From: Chitinophagales bacterium
Lineage (GTDB): Bacteria > Bacteroidota > Bacteroidia > Chitinophagales > JAUHXS01
NCBI GenBank assembly: GCA_965213575.1
Contig: CBDBZN010000003.1
Span: forward strand, 2,372 to 66,371
Direction: 5' to 3'
Length of the DNA: 64,000 nt
The position numbers and the translations under genes are program-made. This document shows, piece by piece, positions 56,289-64,000 of this stretch. Below the pieces are notes generated by a model. That model worked only from the letters and a program-made list of their open reading frames with translations, made no database searches and was not told the DNA's origin. How positions within the stretch are numbered: the stretch's first letter is position 1; every line of letters begins with the position of its first letter.

Positions 56289-58022
56289 ATGTATTTAGCC
56301 ACACTCGACTGGATAATAATTGGAGCAGTATTGGTAATTAACTTTGCTATTGCGATCAAATTATCTTCTAAATCAGGCAAAAGCTTAGAAGATTTCTTTT
56401 TAAGCGGTAGAAAACTTCCTTGGTATGTGGCAGGGGTTTCGATGGTGGCAACAACCTTTGCTGCTGACACACCCTTAGCAGTAACGGAAATTGTGGCTAA
56501 GCAAGGAATTTCCGGCAACTGGCTGTGGTGGAATTTTTTGATTGGTGGTTTATTAACCACGTTTTTCTTTGCCAATCTTTGGCGCCGGTCGGGAGTACTG
56601 ACGGAAGTAGAATTAGTCAATATCCGCTACAGCGGAAGGCCTGCTCGCTTTTTAAGGACTTTTAAAGTGATCTATCACGGCGTGATCATGAATGCCATCA
56701 TCATTGGATGGGTCAATTTAGCATTGGTTTCTATTTTGCAAGTATTTTTTGACTTGCCGAAGGAAGATGCATTATTGTATACGTTTGGCGTAATGGCATT
56801 TGTAGCGATTTATACTTCCATCTCCGGTTTATGGGGCGTAGCAATCAATGATATGATACAGTTTGGTATAGCGATGACAGGTTGCATTATCTTAGCATTT
56901 TTAGTATTAGATGCACCGGATATTGGAGGAATTGACGGACTTAAATCAAAATTACCTAACGAAACATTAAATATATTTCCAACGATTGGAGGCGATACAG
57001 GGGACGGTGTAACTACTTTTTCCTTAGGGATAGGAGCTTTTCTGGCATTTATTGGTTTTCAATGGTGGGCGAGTTGGTATCCCGGAGCAGAGCCGGGCGG
57101 CGGTGGCTATATTGCCCAACGTATGATGAGTGCAAAAACAGAAAAAGATGCCGTTTGGGCTACCTTATTTTTTCAAGTGGCTCATTATTGCATCAGGCCG
57201 TGGCCTTGGATCATTGTGGGTTTATGTGCTATCGTATTATATCCGGAGCTGGGTGCTGATGAAAAACGCTTGGGATTTGTGATGGCAATCAAAGATTATA
57301 TGCCCGTCGGGCTGAAAGGATTATTACTTGTAGGAATGTTTGCAGCGTATATGAGTACCATTTCTACTCAGTTAAATTGGGGGGCAAGTTATGTGGTAAA
57401 TGATCTCTATAAAGCGTTGATAAATAGAGATGCTGCTGATAGGGCATTGGTTAAAGTTTCACGTATTACTACTATCGTTTTGATGATTTTCTCTATGGTC
57501 ATTACTACTCAAATCAATAGCATCAGTGGTGTATGGACGTTTATCATTGAGTGTGGAGCAGGATTGGGATTAGTATTAATTCTTAGATGGTATTGGTGGC
57601 GGATTAATGCTTGGAGCGAAATTGTAGCATTAATAGCTCCTTACATAGGTTACGCCTTATCACGTACGATGGGTTGGGAATTTCCTAATACATTTTTCTT
57701 CACGATTGGATTCACTACTATAGCGTGGTTATCAGCTACTTTTTTTACCAGTCCCACCGACAGAAATGTGTTGCAAAAATTTTGGGATCGTGTGCAACCT
57801 CCCGGTAGTTGGGCATTGTTTCGGCAAGATAAAGAGTCATCCGGTATGCTTAAATATTTATTTTTATGTTGGGTATCATCCATCATTATGGTTTATGCAA
57901 TGTTATTTGGTATCGGAAAATTAATCTTTGGCGAATGGATCGCAGTAGGAGTGTACTTGCTAATAGCTGGAATAGGCTTTGTTGGTATGCAGTTGGGGAT
58001 GAAAAAATGTAATTTTAGTTAA
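56289..58022 (+). CDS. Sodium:solute symporter family (SSF) transporter
   Basis: 577-aa polytopic ORF. FFLSGRKLPWYVAGVSMVATTFAADTPL and GGGYIAQRMMSAK are typical SSF signatures. Confidence 0.8.
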   Translation: MYLATLDWIIIGAVLVINFAIAIKLSSKSGKSLEDFFLSGRKLPWYVAGVSMVATTFAADTPLAVTEIVAKQGISGNWLWWNFLIGGLLTTFFFANLWRRSGVLTEVELVNIRYSGRPARFLRTFKVIYHGVIMNAIIIGWVNLALVSILQVFFDLPKEDALLYTFGVMAFVAIYTSISGLWGVAINDMIQFGIAMTGCIILAFLVLDAPDIGGIDGLKSKLPNETLNIFPTIGGDTGDGVTTFSLGIGAFLAFIGFQWWASWYPGAEPGGGGYIAQRMMSAKTEKDAVWATLFFQVAHYCIRPWPWIIVGLCAIVLYPELGADEKRLGFVMAIKDYMPVGLKGLLLVGMFAAYMSTISTQLNWGASYVVNDLYKALINRDAADRALVKVSRITTIVLMIFSMVITTQINSISGVWTFIIECGAGLGLVLILRWYWWRINAWSEIVALIAPYIGYALSRTMGWEFPNTFFFTIGFTTIAWLSATFFTSPTDRNVLQKFWDRVQPPGSWALFRQDKESSGMLKYLFLCWVSSIIMVYAMLFGIGKLIFGEWIAVGVYLLIAGIGFVGMQLGMKKCNFS

Positions 58023-58151
58023 AGAAGAAATTACAGATTCCAAATTGAAAAGTTACAGATTGAAAAATACAAAAAATTCATTCCCAAGCTCCCCTACAAC
58101 GGGAGGGGAAACAGGATGGGTGTGAAAAATTATAAGTTAAAAGTTCATAAC

Positions 58152-59792
58152 ATGAAAAATATCAATTACCATATTGCTCTTTTACTTCTGATGATTTTAA
58201 GTGCTTGCACAGAAAAACAACAGGTAGACTTAATAATTCATAATGCCATTATTTATCAGGTAGATAGTTTGTTTTCATCAGCTGAAGCAATGGCAATAAA
58301 AGAAGGCCGCATAGTTGCAGTTGGCAACGAGCAATCTATTTTGGATAATTATGAAAGCAGTGAACGTATAAATGCTGAAAGGAAACCAATTTATCCGGGC
58401 TTTATCGACGCTCATTGTCATTTTTTGAGTTACGGATTTACCTTGCAACACGTTGATTTGATGAATACACGATCTTTTGAGGAAGTAATCAATCGAGTAG
58501 TAGCATTCAGTGAGAAGAACCCAACCGGGTGGATTACCGGCAGAGGTTGGGATCAAAATGATTGGGCTATAAAAGAATTTCCTAATAATACTATACTTGA
58601 TAGCTTATTTCCCGATCGCCCTGTATTGATTAAAAGAGTTGATGGCCACGCTGCGTTGGCTAATAGTGAAGCATTAAAAAGAGCCAATATTACTGTCGGT
58701 AAAAAAATCGAAGGAGGAATATTCATAACTAAAGATAATCAACTTACCGGTTTGTTAATTGATAATGCGGTAGACAGTGTAGCAGCGGTAATACCTGCAA
58801 ACAGTTTAGAGACTATACAGCGAGCCTTATTAGAAGCTCAGATAAAATGCTTTGCAGTTGGATTAACCTCCTTAGCAGATGCAGGAATGAAAAAAAGGGA
58901 GATAGAAGTGATTGACCAACTTCATCGATCAGGTGAGCTTAAAATGAAAATTTATGCAATGTTGGCAGATAACGAAGAAAACCTTGCCCATTATTTAGTA
59001 TCCGGCCCATATAAAACAGATAAATTAAATGTATGTTCTTTTAAATTTTATGCTGATGGTGCATTGGGTTCTAGGGGTGCAGCACTTACCCAGCCATATG
59101 CTGATGATGAGAATAATTATGGTATTTTTCTTCACCCACATGAATATTTAGCTGAGCATGCTCAAAAAATGTACAATGCCGGTTTTCAAATGAATACTCA
59201 TTGCATTGGCGATTCAGCCAATCGAGTAATGTTGGATATTTATGCCGCTGTATTAAAGTCCGGTAATGATAAAAGATGGCGTATAGAGCATGCACAGGTG
59301 GTATCTCCCAAAGACATTCATAAATATGGAACATATAATATATTGCCTTCCGTACAACCTACTCATGCAACTTCTGATATGTATTGGGCAAGTGATCGGC
59401 TGGGAGAAGCTCGTGTAACTACCGCATATGCCTGGGCAGATTTACTACAACAAAATGATATGATTCCCTTGGGGAGTGATTTTCCGGTAGAGCATATTAA
59501 TCCAATCTATACTTTTTATGCGGCAGTTTGGAGAAAGGATCATAAAGGTTTTCCTGAACGAGGATATCAAATGGAAAATAAGTTGAGCCGAGAGCAAGCC
59601 TTAAGAGGAATGACTATTTGGGCAGCGTATGCTAATTTTGAGGATCAAGCTAAAGGAAGCTTGGAGCCAGGCAAAGCAGCAGACTTTATAATCCTAGATA
59701 AAGATATTATGAAGATATCAGAAGAGCAGATATTGGAAACTAAAGTTTTAAAAACCTTTATTGACGGGGAAAATGTATTTACCAAGTTTTAA
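58152..59792 (+). CDS. Amidohydrolase family (YtcJ-like, amidohydrolase_3) lipoprotein
   Basis: Likely start MKNINYHIALLLLMILSAC (lipobox). Contains the metal-binding PGFIDAHCHF and later HCIGD and IEHAQ motifs. Confidence 0.8.
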   Translation: MKNINYHIALLLLMILSACTEKQQVDLIIHNAIIYQVDSLFSSAEAMAIKEGRIVAVGNEQSILDNYESSERINAERKPIYPGFIDAHCHFLSYGFTLQHVDLMNTRSFEEVINRVVAFSEKNPTGWITGRGWDQNDWAIKEFPNNTILDSLFPDRPVLIKRVDGHAALANSEALKRANITVGKKIEGGIFITKDNQLTGLLIDNAVDSVAAVIPANSLETIQRALLEAQIKCFAVGLTSLADAGMKKREIEVIDQLHRSGELKMKIYAMLADNEENLAHYLVSGPYKTDKLNVCSFKFYADGALGSRGAALTQPYADDENNYGIFLHPHEYLAEHAQKMYNAGFQMNTHCIGDSANRVMLDIYAAVLKSGNDKRWRIEHAQVVSPKDIHKYGTYNILPSVQPTHATSDMYWASDRLGEARVTTAYAWADLLQQNDMIPLGSDFPVEHINPIYTFYAAVWRKDHKGFPERGYQMENKLSREQALRGMTIWAAYANFEDQAKGSLEPGKAADFIILDKDIMKISEEQILETKVLKTFIDGENVFTKF

Positions 59793-59803
59793 AGCAATAT
59801 GTA

Positions 59804-60847
59804 ATGCTAATCAATCAAGAAATTGAAATTAAAGAGCTTGCCGTTCACCAAGTTGGCAACAAACTGAGAGAAGAAGGCCTCATTTTATCCCATGATACGT
59901 TAGTGCTGAATGATAATATTAAAAGTTTGCTCACACAATATTTTTTAAAACCTTTCAAGAGCTACAATTATTACAATTTATCTCATGAGTCAAACATTGA
60001 GTTAAACGAGATATATAGTTACGTTACGGCTTTTTTTGAGCAAAAATCTTCCTTACTGGAGCAAAGCATCAAGTTAGCCAAACATCTGTACGAAAAAGTC
60101 TCCCATCCCCAGGTGAAAAGTGGCGAGTTTTATGTCGTTCATTTTAGCAATTGCTTTATTGAAGGAGAATCGGTAGATGCAATTGGGTTATTTAAATCGG
60201 AAAATAAAGAAACCTATCTAAAAGTATATCCTGCCGGTAATAATTTTGAGATTGATAAAGATGCAGGGATCAATATTAATAAATTAGATAAAGGCTGCAT
60301 TGTCTTTAATAGTGGCAAAAAAGAAGGGTATTTAGTTTCAATTGTAGACAATATAAATAGGGGAGAAGAGGCACAATATTGGAAAGACTCTTTTTTACAA
60401 ATTAAATTACGAAAAGACAGTTTTCATCAAACAGAGCAAGCACTTAAGATGTGTAAGGAGTTTGTAAATCATTTGCCAGAAGAATTTGAGATCAGTAAAG
60501 TAGATCAGGTCAATTTGTTAAATAATGCTTCTAATTATTTTAAAGAAGAAGAGAAATTCAAATTGCAACGCTTTGAAGAAGATGTATTAGGAGGTGATGA
60601 GAATGTCAAAGAATCATTTAATAATTTTAGATCGGCTTATACTGATGAGCAAGAACTAGTACTAGATGATGAGTTTAGAATTTCAGAAACAGCCGTAAAA
60701 AAGCAACAGAAAATATTTAAGAGTATCTTAAAATTGGACAAAAATTTTCATTTATACATCCATGGCAACCGTAACTTAATCGAAAAAGGTTATGATGCCG
60801 ATAAAGAGATGAATTTCTACAAAATTTATTTTCATAATGAAAAGTGA
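59804..60847 (+). CDS. Nucleoid-associated protein, NdpA/YejK-like (tentative)
   Basis: 347-aa ORF. The N-terminal IKELAVHQVGNKLREEGLILS resembles the start of Bacteroidota NdpA-like proteins. Motif-level call only. Confidence 0.45.
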   Translation: MLINQEIEIKELAVHQVGNKLREEGLILSHDTLVLNDNIKSLLTQYFLKPFKSYNYYNLSHESNIELNEIYSYVTAFFEQKSSLLEQSIKLAKHLYEKVSHPQVKSGEFYVVHFSNCFIEGESVDAIGLFKSENKETYLKVYPAGNNFEIDKDAGININKLDKGCIVFNSGKKEGYLVSIVDNINRGEEAQYWKDSFLQIKLRKDSFHQTEQALKMCKEFVNHLPEEFEISKVDQVNLLNNASNYFKEEEKFKLQRFEEDVLGGDENVKESFNNFRSAYTDEQELVLDDEFRISETAVKKQQKIFKSILKLDKNFHLYIHGNRNLIEKGYDADKEMNFYKIYFHNEK

Positions 60848-60854
60848 TAAACGA

Positions 60855-60879
60855 AGGGTGTGACTCAAAGTTACGCCCT
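60855..60879 (+). terminator. Weak candidate terminator hairpin after 59804..60847
   Basis: 10-bp stem agggtgtgac / gttacgccct (two G-U pairs), loop tcaaa, with only a short T-rich tail. Confidence 0.3.
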
Positions 60880-61059
60880 CAGTTTATAGAATGTCTCATT
60901 TTTCATTAAAATGGATATATATTTAATGTTTTTATCAAATGTATGGTTCTGCATATTAATGCATGCTCTTAACCCTATCAAGTCCTCAAATTCTAAACTA
61001 TTTACCAAGATATTCACACTTTTAATTAGCTTTGTGATATTGAAATCGGACCTTTAATT

Positions 61060-62256
61060 ATGGAGCATTTAGCAAAGCGTTTACAAGAATTATCTCTATC
61101 TAAAACTTTAGAAATGGCTAAGATCAGCCGCGAGTTAAGTAGTAAGGGGCATGACGTTATTAGCCTCAGCTTAGGAGAGCCGGATTTTAATACACCGGAT
61201 CACATTAAGCAAGCAGCCAAAGAGGCAATAGATCAGAATTATACCCATTACACACCAGTTCCGGGTTATTTAGACTTAAGAGAAGCGATAGTTCATAAAT
61301 TTAAAAGAGATAACAATCTTACTTTCGTGCCTGAGCAAATTGTAGTATCTACAGGAGCTAAACAGTCGCTAGCCAATTTGATGATGGCATTGCTCGATCC
61401 GGGTGATGAAGTAATAATACCTGCACCATATTGGGTGAGCTATCCGGAGATGATCAAAATGGCAGAAGGTAAAGCGGTGCCTATCTATACAGATGTTGAG
61501 CAAGACTTCAAAGCCACTGCACAACAGATTAAAGATGCGATTACATCTAAAACTAAGATGCTTTTATATTCTTCACCCTGTAACCCTACCGGTTCTGTTT
61601 ACTCAAAAGAAGAATTGAAAGCTATTGCAGATGTAATGGTAGAGCATCCTGAAATCATCATTGTATCAGATGAAATATATGAACATATCAATTTTATCGG
61701 ACACCATGAAAGCATTGCACAATTTGAGAATATTAAAGACAGGGTAGTGATAGTAAATGGCTTATCAAAGGGATTTGCGATGACCGGTTGGCGGATGGGC
61801 TATCTGGCAGCTCCTAAATGGATCGCTATGGCATGTGATAAAATTCAAGGACAATCGACTTCCGGCACCTGTTCTATTACTCAGCGTGCTGCTATAGCTG
61901 CTTTATCAGATAATTTAGCTCCTACCATCGCTATGAAAGAAAAATTTAAAGAAAGAAAAGAATTGATCATCTCACTACTTAAAGAAATACCTGGCCTAAG
62001 ACTTAATGACCCCCAAGGAGCATTTTATATTTTTCCTAATGTAAGTGCTTATTTTGGCAGAAAAGATGCACAGGGCAAAGAAATTAAAACGGCGGGAGAG
62101 CTGTGTAATTACTTATTAGCAACTGAATATGTCGCCTTAGTCACCGGAGAAGCTTTTGGCAATAATAATTGCATACGCATATCTTATGCTACTTCTGAGC
62201 AGCAGATTAAAGAGGCAGTCGCACGAATCCAACGAGCATTATCTAAGTTAAATTAG
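61060..62256 (+). CDS. Class I/II pyridoxal-phosphate-dependent aminotransferase (aspartate aminotransferase-like)
   Basis: 398-aa ORF. Contains SLGEPDF, SSPCNPTGSVY and LSKGFAMTGWRMGY (PLP-lysine motif). Confidence 0.9.
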   Translation: MEHLAKRLQELSLSKTLEMAKISRELSSKGHDVISLSLGEPDFNTPDHIKQAAKEAIDQNYTHYTPVPGYLDLREAIVHKFKRDNNLTFVPEQIVVSTGAKQSLANLMMALLDPGDEVIIPAPYWVSYPEMIKMAEGKAVPIYTDVEQDFKATAQQIKDAITSKTKMLLYSSPCNPTGSVYSKEELKAIADVMVEHPEIIIVSDEIYEHINFIGHHESIAQFENIKDRVVIVNGLSKGFAMTGWRMGYLAAPKWIAMACDKIQGQSTSGTCSITQRAAIAALSDNLAPTIAMKEKFKERKELIISLLKEIPGLRLNDPQGAFYIFPNVSAYFGRKDAQGKEIKTAGELCNYLLATEYVALVTGEAFGNNNCIRISYATSEQQIKEAVARIQRALSKLN

Positions 62257-62266
62257 GTAATATTAA

Positions 62267-63256
62267 ATGAATATCGATCGTATATTTGAAGCGTTTGAGC
62301 ACCAAAATGTCTTGGTAGTAGGAGATGTAATGCTCGATAAATACTTTATAGGAAATGTAGATAGGATTTCTCCCGAAGCTCCGGTACCCATTGTGGCAGT
62401 TAATAAAACCGAAAGTAGATTGGGAGGAGCCGCAAATGTAGCACTTAATTTAAAAAATTTAGGCGCAAAAGTTGTATTAGCATCAGTAATTGGAAATGAT
62501 GAAAACGGCCGTTTATTAAATCAGCTTTGCATTAATCATATGATAGATACAGCCGGATTTGTTAAAAGCGAGCAGCGTATCACTACTTCTAAGACACGCG
62601 TGATTAGTAGAGGCCAGCAGGTTTTAAGGTATGATATAGAAGATAAGCATGATATTAATGAAAATGATGAAACTAATCTTATTGAAAAGATTAAAAAATT
62701 AATTTCAGGTCAAAACATTACACTCATCATCCTACAAGACTATAATAAAGGTATATTAACTGCTCAAATAATTAAGGCAGTTATTAAAATAGCACAGGAT
62801 AATAATATTAAAGTCGCTGTGGATCCCAAAAAAGATAATTTCAATTCCTATAAAAATGCTACTTTATTTAAACCCAATTTAAAAGAATTAAGAGAAGGGT
62901 TGAATCTCAAAATTGATCCAGCTAATATATCTGAATTATTAAATGCTAATAAGCTCTTAAAAGAAACTTTGGATAACCAATATACACTTATTACTCTTTC
63001 AGAACACGGTGTGTTTATTGTCGGTGAGGGCCACTATACAGAAAAAGCCCATTTGCGAAACATAGCAGATGTATCAGGAGCCGGAGATACCGTTATTAGC
63101 GTTGCAGGATTAGTGTTGGCAGTCACCAGTAATATACATATGGTAGCCAAACTGTCGAATTTAGCAGGTGGATTGGTCTGCGAATCGGTAGGAGTGGTGC
63201 CAATTGACAGAGAGCGTTTGTTGGCAGAAGCTAAAAAATTAAAAATTACTAGTTGA
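62267..63256 (+). CDS. PfkB-family sugar kinase, RfaE domain-I-like (D-glycero-beta-D-manno-heptose-7-phosphate kinase-like)
   Basis: 329-aa ORF. VLVVGDVMLDKY..G...RISPEAPVPIV is the typical RfaE/HldE kinase N-terminus, and DVSGAGDTVISV is the PfkB signature. Confidence 0.8.
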   Translation: MNIDRIFEAFEHQNVLVVGDVMLDKYFIGNVDRISPEAPVPIVAVNKTESRLGGAANVALNLKNLGAKVVLASVIGNDENGRLLNQLCINHMIDTAGFVKSEQRITTSKTRVISRGQQVLRYDIEDKHDINENDETNLIEKIKKLISGQNITLIILQDYNKGILTAQIIKAVIKIAQDNNIKVAVDPKKDNFNSYKNATLFKPNLKELREGLNLKIDPANISELLNANKLLKETLDNQYTLITLSEHGVFIVGEGHYTEKAHLRNIADVSGAGDTVISVAGLVLAVTSNIHMVAKLSNLAGGLVCESVGVVPIDRERLLAEAKKLKITS

Positions 63257-64000
63257 AAAGCTTTCAAGAGAAACTTCGATTACTACTTTATGATCTAAAT
63301 CCCTACTTAACTTGGATAACACAAACACTGGCTTTTCTGGCAGCTTTTTGTTCTATTGCAAGTTTGATTTTATATCATGGCTTTGACAATTCACTGGTGG
63401 TCAGTCAAATCTTAATAAAAATATAGAGATCTCTTTTATTATTTTCATCATTAATTTTCTTAGAAAATTATTTTACGATGAAGATAGAAGAACATTTATT
63501 CGTAAGAACCCGCTAGAATCTGCCGGAGCTATTTTATTGGGATTAGACACGATAATTATAAGTTTTACAGGTAGTTCTTTTTTAATATTAAGTTTTATAC
63601 AGCTTGGATTTAAAAATTATCTGCCTCTTTATGCAGGCATTTTGCAATTATATATTTTCATTGTAGCTGTTAAAGGCCTGGTGCGTTACAGTAGAGGCCT
63701 ATTTAAAATAAAGATCAGGCCTATATATCTTTTGCTGATATTTTTTTTATTATTAATAGGATTAGGCACTGCCATATTGATGATGCCAAAAATGACGATT
63801 GTACGGGGTTCTATGCCATTTAAAGATGCATTATTTACCTCGGTAAGTATTTCATGCTTAACAGGTTTAGAGTTAGTGGATACAGCTACTTATTTCACCT
63901 TCAAAGGCAAAGTAGCGATCATGGCTTTAACACAAATAGCCGGATTGGGAATCATAATTATTGCTACATTTTTTGCCTTGTTTTTTAAAACAAAAAAAGA
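63253..64000 (+). pseudogene. TrkH/KtrB-family potassium transporter, 5' part (continues past the window end), with a -1 frame break in an A5 run
   Basis: Not in the ORF track. The frame from TTG 63253 (LKSFQEKLRLLLYDLNPYLTW...) stops at 63424..63426. Adding one A to 63417..63421 continues as ...QILIKNIEISFIIF...MPFKDALFTSVSISCLTGL...ALTQIAGLGIIIIATFF to the window end. ALFTSVSxxCxTGL is the TrkH/KtrB signature. Confidence 0.6.

Noticed and set aside
1-64000. CRISPR arrays, integrases, prophage or conjugative modules, reverse transcriptases, cyclic-nucleotide signalling defence genes
   Set aside because: No regularly spaced direct repeats and no ORFs with the corresponding motifs were seen. 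The only cyclase is the housekeeping CdaA.

Overview
This is a 64-kb chromosomal segment from a low-GC, Bacteroidota-type bacterium. The assignment rests on T9SS C-terminal sorting domains, a fused SecDF, a DUF2723 protein, a type-A RNase P RNA and TTG/TAnnTTTG-like promoter candidates. Most of the window is housekeeping: rlmB, rnpB, smpB, fsa, secDF, cdaA-folP, aroK, guaA, mnmA, pfkA, an aminotransferase, peptidases, transporters, an NtrC-type regulator and tRNA-Gln. The accessory part is a roughly 15-kb restriction / abortive-infection island between aroK (26676..27179) and yihY (42534..43868). The island consists of two stacked cassettes framed by duplicated flanks. Cassette 2 (33463..42071) is a seven-gene type I R-M operon: hsdM - GxxExxY - hsdS - Abi_C/HEPN - RhuM - GxxExxY - hsdR. 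Its four non-R-M genes are tightly or translationally coupled to the R-M subunits. I rate this the best candidate for an undescribed R-M-guarded abortive-infection module. Cassette 1 (27585..32693) is a decayed relative. It holds a type IIG R-M gene cut by one in-frame TGA, an hsdS remnant, a truncated rhuM fused to an hsdR tail, and one fully intact gene. That intact gene is an ABC-type ATPase with a C-terminal R-x4-H (HEPN-like) domain, in the slot that PrrC occupies in the classical prr locus. A second theme is at least nine reading-frame breaks, affecting folP, pfkA, an ABC permease, hsdR, the Abi gene, trkH and a T9SS adhesin. The seven I could place all lie in mononucleotide runs of 3-9 nt (six of them runs of 4-9). 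This points to homopolymer-length sequencing error, with phase variation possible for the defence genes. Other items are a PP-loop/DUF1611/PLP/GNAT-nitrilase cluster at the left edge, an inverted-repeat-bounded 357-bp noncoding element, and recurrent word clusters after stop codons. No CRISPR array, integrase or prophage was seen. Coordinates of features not in the ORF track were counted by hand and may be off by 1-2 nt. All family assignments come from motif recognition, not database searches.
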